A stretch of 15,803 bases of DNA from an uncultured Alphaproteobacteria bacterium (GCA_964522525.1 CAZFWG010000052.1:14786-30588); one strand, 5' to 3'; positions 1 to 8,206 are shown, counted from the first letter of the stretch. Numbers and translations are program-made. Notes: a model not told the origin generated them from the sequence alone.

Positions 1-804
1 ACCCTGCACAATGACAAGCTGTCGGCGGTGAATGTGGCGGGCCTCCTGCCGGGCCGCGATCCCGAACTCAAGAAGGAGTTCGTGGTGCTGACCGCCCACC
101 ATGATCATGTGGGGGTCGGGGTGCCCGTCGAGGGGGACGACATCTATAACGGGGCGCTCGACAACGCGATCGGCACCTCGGCCCTGCTCGCGGTGGCGAA
201 GGCGCTCACGGAAGCCGATGAAGCGCCCCGGCGTTCGGTCCTGTTCCTCGCCGTCGGCGCTGAGGAAAAAGGGTTGATCGGTTCCGACTACTGGACCGCC
301 CATCCGACGGTGCCCTTGGACAAGGTGATCGCCAATATTAATCTCGACGGCGCGATGCCCTTTTATGATTTCCGCGACATCATCGCTTTCGGTGCGGAAC
401 AATCGCAGATGGGGGAGCGTCTTGCGACGGCGGGCGCGACGCTGGGCCTGACCGTGGCGCCGGATCCGTTCCCGGAACAGGGCATCTTCACCCGGTCCGA
501 CCAGTATTCCTTCGTCAAGAAGGGCATTCCGGCCCTTTTCCTCTATATGGGCTTCACCGATCTTGAAGGGCAGAATGTGGGGCGGCCGTGGTGGGACAAG
601 ACCTATGTGGAAGTCTATCATCTGCCTGGGGATGACCTGTCCTTGCCCCACGACTACGCGATTGCCGCGAAATATGCGGAGATGTTCCGCCGCGTGACCC
701 TGACCGTGACCGAGACGACGGAGAAACCGCGCTGGTATGGGGACAGTCTGTTCGGTGCCCGTTTCGCGCCGCAGGCGGAGAAAGCCGAACGGCCCGCCGA
801 ATGA
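1..804 (+). CDS. M28-family zinc peptidase (aminopeptidase-like), 5'-truncated at the window edge
   Basis: The ORF stays open back to nt 1 in frame 1. The protein has the typical M28 signature (HHDHVG..., NGALDNAIG, EEKGLIGS). Stop TGA at 802-804 is followed by an intrinsic terminator. Confidence 0.8.
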   Translation, partial: TLHNDKLSAVNVAGLLPGRDPELKKEFVVLTAHHDHVGVGVPVEGDDIYNGALDNAIGTSALLAVAKALTEADEAPRRSVLFLAVGAEEKGLIGSDYWTAHPTVPLDKVIANINLDGAMPFYDFRDIIAFGAEQSQMGERLATAGATLGLTVAPDPFPEQGIFTRSDQYSFVKKGIPALFLYMGFTDLEGQNVGRPWWDKTYVEVYHLPGDDLSLPHDYAIAAKYAEMFRRVTLTVTETTEKPRWYGDSLFGARFAPQAEKAERPAE

Positions 805-807
805 AAA

Positions 808-847
808 AGGGCCGCGGGTGTTCAAGCCGCGGCCCTCTCTTTCTTTT
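808..847. terminator. Bidirectional rho-independent terminator between convergent genes
   Basis: A perfect 9-bp GC stem GGGCCGCGG(808-816)/CCGCGGCCC(826-834) with a 9-nt loop. It is followed by TCTCTTTCTTTTG on the + strand and preceded by AAAAAG, which gives a U-tract on the minus strand. It lies between the peptidase stop (804) and the SPFH stop (860). Confidence 0.75.
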
Positions 848-859
848 GTAGGTCGGCGT

Positions 860-2044
860 TCAGCGCGTCGGCGTGGGGATGCCCCGGTTCGGTGCCGCCG
901 GTTCATCCCGCAGACGGATCAGATCGTTCATCAGACCTTCCGTGCCGTTATGGACGGTCAGACGTTCGACCTTGCCGGCGATGGCTTCGAGAGCTTCCAG
1001 CTCCTTCAGCCGCAGCATCACCGGGTTTTCCGCCATCACCTTGGCCGTGTTGAGCAGCGAACGCGTGGCGTTCGTCTCTTCCCGACGCCGGATGACATTG
1101 GCCTCCGCCTCCTTCTCGGCCGCGACAACCTTGTTCAGGATCTCGCGCATCTCCCCCGGCAGGACCACGTCCTTGAGGGTGATGTCGCTGACCATCACAC
1201 CGATCGCGGCCATGTCGGCCTTGACCTTGGCGGCCGCCTCATCATCGATCAGGCCCTTCTTTTCCAGGATCTGATCGAGGGTCATGGCCCCGAGCGTCTT
1301 CCGGAACGCATATTGCAGCGCCCGGTAGAGGCTGTCGGAGAAGTCCTTCACCGCCGTCACGGCCGCAACCGGGTCCGTGACCTGATAATCGGCGGTGATG
1401 TTGACCCGGATCGTCACCCGGTCCCGGGTCAGGACTTCTTGGCCCGTGACGTCGAGGGACTGACGCTTCAGGTCGACGATCTTCTCCTGAACCATCCGTC
1501 CGCCCGTCCAGAAGCCATGGAGCCCCGGCTCCAGCAGCCGTTCGAGCACGCCGTCGACGAAGACGAGACCCGCCTGACCATTGGCGACCAGGATCATCTT
1601 GGCCTGGACGAACCGCCCGGCTTCACCCATCCGGCGGATCAGCGTCGGCTCCATGACCGGGCTCTCGATCACGTCGATCAGGTGATGGATCCACGGACCG
1701 GCCGCCGTCCACAGGACGCGCTTGTTGTCCGGACCCAGCACATCGAAGAGCCGGCCGTCCCGCTCGACGACCGCGACCTGGGTCGGGCTCGTTCGGATGA
1801 CGGTCAGATGCGCCGCCGCGACATGGGGGAGCTTGTCGAAAAGCGCCTTCTCACACGCGGAGACGAAAGCCGGGTTCTTGAGGTCGTGGCGCTCTATCTC
1901 GAGCCGATTTTGACCGCTGCGCAGCCAGTGTTCGCCCGGTTCCAGAATGCCCTGCACCTCGCCCTTCCACAAATGGAGGGCCCGTTCGTTTTCCTTGACC
2001 AGGACACGGTCGTGTCCGGTCAGCCGCTTCAGAAGGTCCATCAT
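860..2044 (-). CDS. SPFH/band-7 (stomatin/slipin-like) protein with an about 150-aa N-terminal extension and no obvious TM helix
   Basis: 394 aa. The core SPFH domain (FVQAKMILVANGQAGLVFVDGVLERLLEPGLHGFW...VLTRDRVTIRVNITADYQVTD...) and a C-terminal coiled-coil (AAEKEAEANVIRRREE) are recognisable. The N-terminal region (RVLVKENERALHLWKGEVQGILEPGEHWL) looks like a second, partial SPFH N-strand motif. No stretch of at least 18 hydrophobic residues is present. Confidence 0.8.
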   Translation of the reverse strand: MMDLLKRLTGHDRVLVKENERALHLWKGEVQGILEPGEHWLRSGQNRLEIERHDLKNPAFVSACEKALFDKLPHVAAAHLTVIRTSPTQVAVVERDGRLFDVLGPDNKRVLWTAAGPWIHHLIDVIESPVMEPTLIRRMGEAGRFVQAKMILVANGQAGLVFVDGVLERLLEPGLHGFWTGGRMVQEKIVDLKRQSLDVTGQEVLTRDRVTIRVNITADYQVTDPVAAVTAVKDFSDSLYRALQYAFRKTLGAMTLDQILEKKGLIDDEAAAKVKADMAAIGVMVSDITLKDVVLPGEMREILNKVVAAEKEAEANVIRRREETNATRSLLNTAKVMAENPVMLRLKELEALEAIAGKVERLTVHNGTEGLMNDLIRLRDEPAAPNRGIPTPTR

Positions 2045-2132
2045 TTTCTAACTCCATACCGTCGCGCTATGTCACGGCGATCGTCCTTTCATTGAGTTTC
2101 ACCATTCCCGGGAGGAACGTGATCCGGGGACT

Positions 2133-2146
2133 GGTGGCATGCCACC
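2133..2146. promoter_or_regulatory. Perfect 14-bp palindrome GGTGGCATGCCACC in the upstream region of the SPFH gene
   Basis: Read directly: GGTGGCATGCCACC is its own reverse complement. It sits about 90-100 bp upstream of the SPFH start (2044) inside a 345-bp non-coding GC-rich region. Candidate dimeric regulator operator. Confidence 0.35.
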
Positions 2147-2389
2147 GCGGCGGGCCTTTGGGAGCGGGTGGCGGCGGCCGGAGGATGGATCGGCGGCGTT
2201 CGAAAACGCGTGCCTTTCGATTCTCCGGCGGCTTGACCGTCACCGTCGGCCGGCCTTGGGACATGGCCTTGGTGGACGCGGGATCGGAAGCGTCCGCAGA
2301 CGCCTCTTTTCCGTGATCCGCCGCCGCATGCCGGTCCCCGAACCGATCGTTCGGATGCCTTGAAAGGGCAATGGCTTACAAAGCCAATC

Positions 2390-2462
2390 CTTGTGGAGCA
2401 GGATTCGAACCCGCAACCTCCAGAGGCTGAGTCTGGTGCTCTACCCACTGAGCTATCCAATG
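2390..2462 (-). tRNA. tRNA-like element B (aberrant; anticodon loop CUCAGCC; possible pseudo-tRNA)
   Basis: Minus-strand read: CATTGGA-TA-GCTCAGTGGGTAGAGC-A-CCAGA-CTCAGCC-TCTGG-AGGTT-GCGGGTTCGAATCCTGC-TCCACAA-G. D arm and T arm (GGTTCGAATCC) are canonical and the anticodon stem is a perfect 5 bp. Only 4 of 7 acceptor-stem positions pair and position 37 is C. The anticodon would be CAG, yet there is no long variable arm. My minus-strand reading was cross-checked against the tool ORF 2376..2576(-) translation and matches exactly. Confidence 0.5.
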
Positions 2463-2534
2463 TGCCGACGGCAGGAATCGAACCTGCGACCTCCGGATGC
2501 TTCGTCCGGCGCTCTCCCACTGAGCTACGTGGCT
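2463..2534 (-). tRNA. tRNA-like element A (aberrant; anticodon loop CGAAGCA with G33/C37; possible pseudo-tRNA), abutting element B with zero spacer
   Basis: Minus-strand read: (A)GCCACG-TA-GCTCAGTGGGAGAGC-G-CCGGA-CGAAGCA-TCCGG-AGGTC-GCAGGTTCGATTCCTGC-CGTCGGC-A. D and T arms are canonical. The acceptor 5' strand is one nucleotide short (GCCACG versus the GCCGACG needed to pair CGTCGGC). There is no U33 and no purine at position 37. The discriminator (2463) directly abuts the 5' end of element B (2462). Confidence 0.5.
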
Positions 2535-2555
2535 GACCGATTCCCGAAACGGCAT

Positions 2556-2565
2556 CCGTATACGG
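2556..2565. promoter_or_regulatory. 10-bp perfect palindrome CCGTATACGG just upstream (minus-strand sense) of the tRNA-like pair
   Basis: Read directly; it is its own reverse complement. It lies about 20 nt upstream of the 5' end of tRNA-like A on the transcribed strand. Confidence 0.25.
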
Positions 2566-2680
2566 AAAAGGCACAAGCCATCCGCACGGGCGGGCGTTCA
2601 CGAAGCCCATACCGTTGATATCCGTTTCAGTTTTCCAACCGGGAAGCTGGGTTTTATGGAAAAAGACGGATGAAGGCAAG

Positions 2681-2711
2681 CGAAAAATCCAGCTTTGATC
2701 TGGATTTTTCG
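2681..2711. terminator. Perfect 12-bp-stem hairpin (CGAAAAATCCAG / CTGGATTTTTCG, 7-nt loop): candidate terminator of the NTF2-like gene or a protein-binding inverted repeat
   Basis: Read directly: 2681-2692 is the exact reverse complement of 2700-2711. It is about 75 nt downstream of the minus-strand CDS stop (2786). The U-run lies within the 3' arm, so it is not a textbook intrinsic terminator. It separates the NTF2-like gene from the tRNA-like pair. Confidence 0.45.
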
Positions 2712-2785
2712 TGCATTTTCAAAGCAGCAGTCCCTTGGGTGGAGTGCCACCTGGGTTGGTTTCGGTATTATTATTTCTGTAAGGA

Positions 2786-3241
2786 TCAAACATAGCTGGG
2801 GTCGATGACTCCCGGATGTTCCGCGAGCCACTGATAGGCCTGCTCCATGTCCGCGAGCGCATCGTCATAGATGTCGACCATGCAATCGATCTTGCCCTCG
2901 TGATAGTACCACTGGCCAAGGACCGGGATCCGGAGGGGCGGCAGGCCCTTCTTGCGATACTCGCCGTGGACGAGGACATGAATGGCATTGGGCGGATAGA
3001 CCCGCGTCCAAACCGGCGTCCAGCCCCGCTGATCGAAATAACGGTCGAAATTGCGGATCGATTTCGCAAGGCCCGACAGGACCGCATCGCGTCCCTTCAG
3101 TGTACAGGCAAATGGTGTTCCGGAAACGATGTATCGCACATCCGGATCGAGAAAGGGGTGAAGCCGCTCCCACTGATCATCGATGACACACTGATCGAAG
3201 GCTTCGATCCAGGCTCGGTGATGCTCCAGAATATCTTCCAT
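2786..3241 (-). CDS. NTF2-like/SnoaL-like superfamily small protein (151 aa), function unknown
   Basis: This is the C-terminal 151 codons of tool ORF 2786..4105(-), starting at ATG (3239-3241 on the complement). That start is preceded by GGGAGGA 6 nt upstream (RC of 3244-3250). The upstream part of the tool ORF is antisense to the MmyB-like gene and has low-complexity, implausible composition. The fold call rests on length and alpha+beta barrel-like sequence character (HVLVHGEY...YYHEGKIDCMVDIYD) only. Confidence 0.55.
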   Translation of the reverse strand: MEDILEHHRAWIEAFDQCVIDDQWERLHPFLDPDVRYIVSGTPFACTLKGRDAVLSGLAKSIRNFDRYFDQRGWTPVWTRVYPPNAIHVLVHGEYRKKGLPPLRIPVLGQWYYHEGKIDCMVDIYDDALADMEQAYQWLAEHPGVIDPSYV

Positions 3242-3343
3242 CCTGTCCTCCCTGATTGAGCGCCAAGGGAACCGCGCAAGGCAGGGGCCGGCAATTCCCA
3301 GGAGGTAATTGGATCGCGGGCTCATTTTTGAGAGACTGGGGCC

Positions 3344-4162
3344 ATGACGGAGAGCTTTGCGATCAGACTGAAAACCATGCGGGAAGGGCGGGCCTTGTCT
3401 CAGCTCGCCCTGGCCACGCGGGCGGAGCTTTCCCAGAAGCATGTGAGTTTTCTCGAAACCGGACGGTCCTTGCCCGGACGCAGCGTGGTTCTCAGGCTCG
3501 CCCATGGCCTTGAGCTGTCGCCCGTGGAGCGGGATTTTCTGCTTGAAACGGCGGGTTTCGTGCCGGAGCCCCATGGGACGGCCGGCGGCACCATGGGCGG
3601 TGCGGACCAGGGCGCCGTCGAACGGGCCGTGGCGCGGATCCTCCAGGCCCAGGATCCTTTTCCCGGCATCCTGGTCGATAAGGCGCAAACTGTTCTTTGT
3701 GCGAACCGGTCCTTCGATGCGCTCATCCGGGCGGCCTCTCCGGAGGCCTGTTTGTGGCGGCGCACATGCGGCCCCGGCCCCCGCAACCTTCTGCGCCTGT
3801 CTCTTCACGAGGGCGGGCTTTTCCCTCTGATGACCCATCCGGAAGTCCTGGTGCCGGCGCTTCTCGACCGGGTCATGCTCGAGGGGCGGGGGGAGCCGGA
3901 ACTGGCCGGGCTCATCGAGGAGATCCTGGCCTGGCCCCATATCGAAAAGATCAGCCGCAGGATGGTGCGTCCGCCCCTCGGGGCCGCCGCCATCGAGGAG
4001 CGCTATCGATTTGGCGACGGGGAGATCGGTCTCATCTGTTTGACGACGAGCGTGGGCGCGCCTGCCTCGCCCCTTGCGGAACGGATGAAGCTGGAACTCT
4101 CCCATCCCGTCGACGCGGCGAGCGAGGCGCTTCTGCTTTCCGTGACGGGGGCGTTCGCTTGA
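3344..4162 (+). CDS. MmyB-like transcriptional regulator (XRE-family HTH plus C-terminal ligand-binding-like domain)
   Basis: 272 aa. The N-terminal HTH (LSQLALATRAELSQKHVSFLETGRSLPG...LRLAHGLELSPVERDFLLETAGF) matches the MmyB/XRE pattern, and the length (about 270-290 aa) is typical. It is divergent from the NTF2-like gene across a 102-bp intergenic region (3242-3343), a classic MmyB arrangement. Confidence 0.7.
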   Translation: MTESFAIRLKTMREGRALSQLALATRAELSQKHVSFLETGRSLPGRSVVLRLAHGLELSPVERDFLLETAGFVPEPHGTAGGTMGGADQGAVERAVARILQAQDPFPGILVDKAQTVLCANRSFDALIRAASPEACLWRRTCGPGPRNLLRLSLHEGGLFPLMTHPEVLVPALLDRVMLEGRGEPELAGLIEEILAWPHIEKISRRMVRPPLGAAAIEERYRFGDGEIGLICLTTSVGAPASPLAERMKLELSHPVDAASEALLLSVTGAFA

Positions 4163-4173
4163 GGTCGATCTTG

Positions 4174-4198
4174 ACCTGACGTTTGCTGCGTGTATGGT
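4174..4198 (+). promoter_or_regulatory. Candidate sigma70-like promoter upstream of ffh
   Basis: TTGACC (4174-4179; positions 4171-4173 are CTT) followed by a 13-nt spacer (4180-4192) and TATGGT (4193-4198), about 135 nt upstream of the ffh ATG. The spacer is short for a sigma70 promoter. Sequence-pattern only. Confidence 0.3.
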
Positions 4199-4332
4199 CT
4201 CGCATTCCTCCGGGCAGTTTCGCGCTCAGAGGGTCCCAACAGGGGATCTCCATCCGTCGGCGAGGATTCGCTCACGGGTGCAAATTTGTATGGGCTTACG
4301 GCTTCACGCCGGCCCTGACACGGGAAAGCAGC

Positions 4333-5865
4333 ATGTTTGACGGTTTGAGCGGCCGTCTGGGCTCGATTTTCGAGCGCCTGAAAGGCCGCGCCAGTCTGAC
4401 GGACTCGGATGTCTCGGAAGCCATGCGCGAGGTGCGCGTGGCCCTGCTCGAGGCCGATGTCGCGCTGCCCGTGGTCAAGGATTTCGTGGCCAAGGTGAAG
4501 GCCGAGGCGGTCGGCCAGGAAGTCATCCGTTCCGTTTCACCGGGCCAGATGGTGATCAAGATCGTCCATGACCAACTCGTCGAGATGCTGGGCGCCGAGA
4601 CGGTCGACCTCAATCTCAATGCGCCGGCGCCCCTGCCGATCCTGATGGTCGGTCTCCAGGGCTCCGGCAAGACGACCTCGACGGGCAAGATCGCCGCGCG
4701 CCTGACCAAGCGGGACAAGAAACGGGTGCTGATGGCGTCCCTCGACACCCGCCGCCCGGCCGCCCAGGAACAGCTCAAGGTGCTGGGCGAACAGACCGAG
4801 ATCGACACCCTGCCCATCATCGCCGGGCAGATGCCCGTCGACATCGCCAAACGGGCCCTCGAGGCCGCCCGCCTCGGCGGGTATGACGTGGTGATCCTCG
4901 ACACCGCCGGCCGCACCCATGTGGATGAAGGCCTCATGCAGGAGGTCGAGGAGGTCCACAAGGTCGCGACGCCGGTCGAAACCCTGCTCGTCGTCGACAG
5001 TTTGACCGGTCAGGACGCGGTCAATGTGGCCAAGAGCTTCCATGACCGGCTGCCCCTGACGGGTATCGTCCTGACCCGGATCGATGGCGACGGCCGGGGC
5101 GGCGCGGCGCTCAGCATGCGGTCGGTCACCGGCGTGCCGATCAAGCTGTTGGGCACCAGCGAAAAGATGGACGGGCTCGAGACCTTCCAGCCCGACCGCA
5201 TCGCGGGTCGCATTCTCGGCATGGGCGATGTGGTGAGCCTTGTCGAGAAGGCCGCCGAAACGGTCGACCAGGAAAAGGCCGAGAAGCTCGCCAAGAAGAT
5301 CAAGAAGGGCGAATTCGACCTGGAAGATCTGGCCGATCAGTTGCGCCAGATGCAGAAAATGGGCGGCTTTCAGAGCCTGCTCGGCTTCCTGCCCGGCATG
5401 GGCAAGATGAAGGACGCAATCGCCTCGGCCAATATCGACGACAAGATGTTCAAGCGCCAGGAAGCGATCATCCTGTCCATGACGGTGAAGGAGCGGCGCA
5501 ACCCGAAGCTCCTCAATGCATCCCGCAAGAAGCGTATCGCCAGGGGCTGTGGCATGGATGTCCAGGACATCAACCGTCTGCTCAAGATGCATCGTCAGAT
5601 GGCGGACGTCTTCAAGAAGATGGGCCGCAAGGGGATGAAGGGTCTGCTCGGCGGGATGCCGGGCATGGGAGGCATGCCGCCTGGAGGCATGCCCGATCTG
5701 GGCAATCTGCCGCCCGGAAGCATGCCGGATCTGGGCCAACTGCCTGGCGGTTTGGGAAGCGGCGGGCCTGCCCTGCCGGGCCTTGGCGGATCTGGAGGCG
5801 GGCCTGGTGGCCTTCTGCCCGGACTGGGCGGTGGTCTTCCGGGTTCGAAGAAAAAGAAGAAGTGA
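4333..5865 (+). CDS. ffh: Signal recognition particle protein Ffh
   Basis: It starts at [18 protein letters not shown]..., the canonical Ffh N-terminus. Tool ORF 4183.. is an upstream in-frame extension. NG domain with GKTTS P-loop, DTAGR, TRIDGD. The M domain has a Met/Gly/Pro-rich tail ending KKKKK. Confidence 0.95.
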   Translation: MFDGLSGRLGSIFERLKGRASLTDSDVSEAMREVRVALLEADVALPVVKDFVAKVKAEAVGQEVIRSVSPGQMVIKIVHDQLVEMLGAETVDLNLNAPAPLPILMVGLQGSGKTTSTGKIAARLTKRDKKRVLMASLDTRRPAAQEQLKVLGEQTEIDTLPIIAGQMPVDIAKRALEAARLGGYDVVILDTAGRTHVDEGLMQEVEEVHKVATPVETLLVVDSLTGQDAVNVAKSFHDRLPLTGIVLTRIDGDGRGGAALSMRSVTGVPIKLLGTSEKMDGLETFQPDRIAGRILGMGDVVSLVEKAAETVDQEKAEKLAKKIKKGEFDLEDLADQLRQMQKMGGFQSLLGFLPGMGKMKDAIASANIDDKMFKRQEAIILSMTVKERRNPKLLNASRKKRIARGCGMDVQDINRLLKMHRQMADVFKKMGRKGMKGLLGGMPGMGGMPPGGMPDLGNLPPGSMPDLGQLPGGLGSGGPALPGLGGSGGGPGGLLPGLGGGLPGSKKKKK

Positions 5866-5938
5866 ACCAGAAGTGAAAGATGTCCCCGATGGCCGCTGCT
5901 GGCCTTGCCGGGGATGGGATCGAAAGGAAGAAGGTTTC

Positions 5939-6352
5939 ATGTCACTGAAGATTCGTTTGGCCCGTGGTGGGGCGAAGAAACGGCCCGTCTATCGGATCGT
6001 TGTCGCGGATAGCCGTTCCCCCAGGGACGGCCGCTTTATCGAAAAGATCGGCAGCTACAATCCGCTCCTGCCCAAGGACCACGAGGGCCGGGTGATGATC
6101 GATGAGGATCGGGCCCGCCATTGGCTCAAGACGGGAGCAAAGCCCACGGACCGGGTCGCGCGCTTCCTGAGCGAACGGGATCTGGTGTCCTGGAAGCATG
6201 GCAACAATCCGAAAAAGGCGGTGCCGGGTCAGAAGGCCCAGGAACGCCTGGCCGAAAAGCAGGCCAAGGAGGAAGAAGCCAAGGCCGCTGCGGCTGAGGC
6301 CGATGCCGCGCCTGCGGAGGATGCGGGCGATGGCGAGGCCGCGAGCGAATAA
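5939..6352 (+). CDS. rpsP: 30S ribosomal protein S16 (with the Ala/Glu-rich C-terminal extension typical of alphaproteobacteria)
   Basis: [42 protein letters not shown]... ATG at 5939, SD GGAAGAAGG upstream. Tool ORF 5783.. is an in-frame upstream extension. Confidence 0.95.
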   Translation: MSLKIRLARGGAKKRPVYRIVVADSRSPRDGRFIEKIGSYNPLLPKDHEGRVMIDEDRARHWLKTGAKPTDRVARFLSERDLVSWKHGNNPKKAVPGQKAQERLAEKQAKEEEAKAAAAEADAAPAEDAGDGEAASE

Positions 6353-6947
6353 GCCGTCAAAGGCGTCTCCCAAGCCCCCGGCCGCATCGTCGGCCACGGT
6401 CCCGCCAGGGCTTGTCTGTCTTGGCGCCTTCGCCGGCGCCCGGGGCGTCAAGGGCGAGGTGCGGATCAAGGCCTTTACGGAGGATCCGGAAAGCGTTGCC
6501 GCCTACGGGCCGGTGCGCGATCTGTCAGGGCGCGAATTCACGCTTGAGGAAGTGCGCGTCTATCGGGACGGCTTGCTGGCCCGCGTCCGGGGTCTGAACA
6601 ATCGGGAGGAGGCCGAGGCCCTGAAGGGGACGGCCTTTTATGTCGCCCGCGCGGCCTTGCCGCCTTCGGAGGATGACGGCGAGTTCTACTACGCGGATCT
6701 TGAAGGTCTGCGGGCCGATCACGAAGACGGCACGGCGTTCGGCACGGTGCGGGCCGTCCATGATTTTGGCGCCGGCGATCTTTTGGAGATCGCGCTTGCT
6801 GAAACGGGCCGCCGCATCCTCTTCCCGTTCACGCGGGAGGCCGTGCCGGTGGTCGATATCGAAGGCGGTCGCGTCGTCGTGGTGCCGCCGCCGGGTCTTT
6901 TGAATGAGGAGGGCGGGGCCGCGGAAGAAGAGGAGGCGCCGTCGTGA
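6330..6947 (+). CDS. rimM: Ribosome maturation factor RimM (start uncertain; overlaps the rpsP 3' end)
   Basis: Conserved core ...[30 protein letters not shown]... plus a PRC-barrel C-terminus. Candidate in-frame ATGs at 6303, 6321 and 6330 all overlap rpsP (stop 6352). 6330 has GGAGG (6316-6320) at ideal spacing. No in-frame canonical start exists downstream of the rpsP stop and before the conserved core. Confidence 0.8.
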   Translation: MARPRANKPSKASPKPPAASSATVPPGLVCLGAFAGARGVKGEVRIKAFTEDPESVAAYGPVRDLSGREFTLEEVRVYRDGLLARVRGLNNREEAEALKGTAFYVARAALPPSEDDGEFYYADLEGLRADHEDGTAFGTVRAVHDFGAGDLLEIALAETGRRILFPFTREAVPVVDIEGGRVVVVPPPGLLNEEGGAAEEEEAPS

Positions 6948-7738
6948 CCGCGCCGCAGGACGAGAAGGAGAGCCACGCGCGCGCGCCCTTGTGGCAGGCC
7001 CATATGCTCACGGTGTTGCCGGAAATGTTTCCGGGGCCCTTGGGGATGAGCCTCGCCGGCCGGGCGCTGGCCAACGGCATCTGGGATCTGGAAGTGGTGG
7101 ACATTCGCGACTTTGCGCGCGATAAACACCGTTCCGTCGATGACACGCCGGCAGGTGGTGGTCCGGGCATGGTGATGCGGGCCGATGTGCTGGCGAGCGC
7201 CCTGGACGCGGTTCGCGAACGGGTGCCGGCGGAACGTCCGATTTTCTATCCCAGTCCCCGCGGCCGGCCCTTTGATCAAGGTCTGGCGCGGACCCTGGCA
7301 GGTGTGGGCGGCGGCGTTTTCCTATGTGGTCGGTTCGAGGGTGTCGATGAGCGGCTCCTGGCGGCACGGCCCATCACGGAAGTGAGCCTCGGCGATTTCG
7401 TCCTCTCCGGCGGCGAGCTTGCGGCCATGGCCATGGCGGACGCGGTCGTGCGGCTCTTGCCCGGTGTCATGGGGGATGCGCGTTCGGGCGATGAAGAGAG
7501 TTTTGAAACGGGCCTGCTGGAATACCCGCACTATACGCGGCCGCAGGTCTGGGAAGGTCTGGAGATTCCCGACGTGCTGACGTCGGGACACCATGGCCGG
7601 ATCGAGGCATGGCGCCGCGATCAGGCAAAGGACCTCACCCGGCAGCGCCGACCGGACCTGTGGGCGCGCTATGAGGCCCTGGAAAAAGACGAGTGCAAAC
7701 AAACACGGCAAACGCGAGATAAGGAAAAACGGTCATGA
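6944..7738 (+). CDS. trmD: tRNA (guanine37-N1)-methyltransferase TrmD
   Basis: ...[21 protein letters not shown]...[13 protein letters not shown]...[12 protein letters not shown]...[23 protein letters not shown]... The GTG start at 6944 overlaps the rimM stop (GTGA) and has GGAGG 7 nt upstream. An alternative ATG at 7004 would remove residues that align to TrmD N-termini. Confidence 0.9.
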   Translation: MTAPQDEKESHARAPLWQAHMLTVLPEMFPGPLGMSLAGRALANGIWDLEVVDIRDFARDKHRSVDDTPAGGGPGMVMRADVLASALDAVRERVPAERPIFYPSPRGRPFDQGLARTLAGVGGGVFLCGRFEGVDERLLAARPITEVSLGDFVLSGGELAAMAMADAVVRLLPGVMGDARSGDEESFETGLLEYPHYTRPQVWEGLEIPDVLTSGHHGRIEAWRRDQAKDLTRQRRPDLWARYEALEKDECKQTRQTRDKEKRS

Positions 7739-8157
7739 ACATTATCGAGCAATTGGAAGCGGAACAGATCGAGAGCCTGGGCAAGACGGTGCCCGAATTT
7801 CAGCCCGGCGACACGCTGCGCGTGAACGTGAAAGTGGTTGAAGGCACGCGGGAGCGGGTGCAGGCCTATGAGGGCGTGTGCATTGCCCGGTCCGGTTCGG
7901 GTCTCAATGAATCCTTCACGGTCCGGAAAATCTCCTATGGCGAAGGCGTGGAGCGGGTCTTCCCGATCTTCAGCCCGTTGATCGATTCGATCACGGTCGT
8001 GCGCCGCGGTCGCGTCCGCCGGGCCAAGCTTTATTATCTGCGCGAACGCCGCGGCAAGTCCGCCCGGATCGCCGAGCGCCAGGACCATCGCAAGTCCGCC
8101 GAGGGCGCCGAGGGCAAGAAGGCTGCCGGCAAAAAGCGCGCCGAAGCCGCCAAGTAA
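7735..8157 (+). CDS. rplS: 50S ribosomal protein L19
   Basis: [12 protein letters not shown]...[33 protein letters not shown]... The ATG overlaps the trmD stop (ATGA). C-terminal Lys/Ala-rich tail. Confidence 0.95.
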   Translation: MNIIEQLEAEQIESLGKTVPEFQPGDTLRVNVKVVEGTRERVQAYEGVCIARSGSGLNESFTVRKISYGEGVERVFPIFSPLIDSITVVRRGRVRRAKLYYLRERRGKSARIAERQDHRKSAEGAEGKKAAGKKRAEAAK

Positions 8158-8182
8158 TGGGCCTTTCCGGCCTGCGGCTTTC

Positions 8183-8206
8183 CGGGCATGCGATGACGGA
8201 TGCCCG
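8183..8206 (+). terminator. GC-rich hairpin (CGGGCAT / ATGCCCG, 10-nt loop) between rplS and asd; candidate terminator or attenuator
   Basis: Read directly. A 7-bp stem, no following U-tract, and the tandem CCTTTCCGG / CTTTCCGG direct repeat just upstream (8162-8185). Confidence 0.3.

Noticed and set aside
737-2095. 452-aa + strand ORF fully antisense to the SPFH gene
   Set aside because: Arg/Pro/His-rich, low-complexity translation typical of high-GC antisense frames. The opposite-strand SPFH protein is clearly homologous to a known family.
2089-2679. 196-aa minus ORF (and the small ORFs 2376..2576 and 2391..2618) overlapping the tRNA-like elements
   Set aside because: They read straight through the tRNA-like sequences and a GC-rich non-coding region with no SD or homology. 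They were useful only to verify my base reading.
3242-4105. N-terminal 288 codons of tool ORF 2786..4105(-)
   Set aside because: This portion is antisense to the MmyB-like regulator and reads as a Gly/Arg/Pro-rich nonsense protein. The only credible part is the C-terminal 151 codons, which have their own ATG and SD at 3241.
4537-5940. 467-aa minus-strand ORF antisense to ffh
   Set aside because: High-GC antisense artefact; ffh on the + strand is unambiguous.
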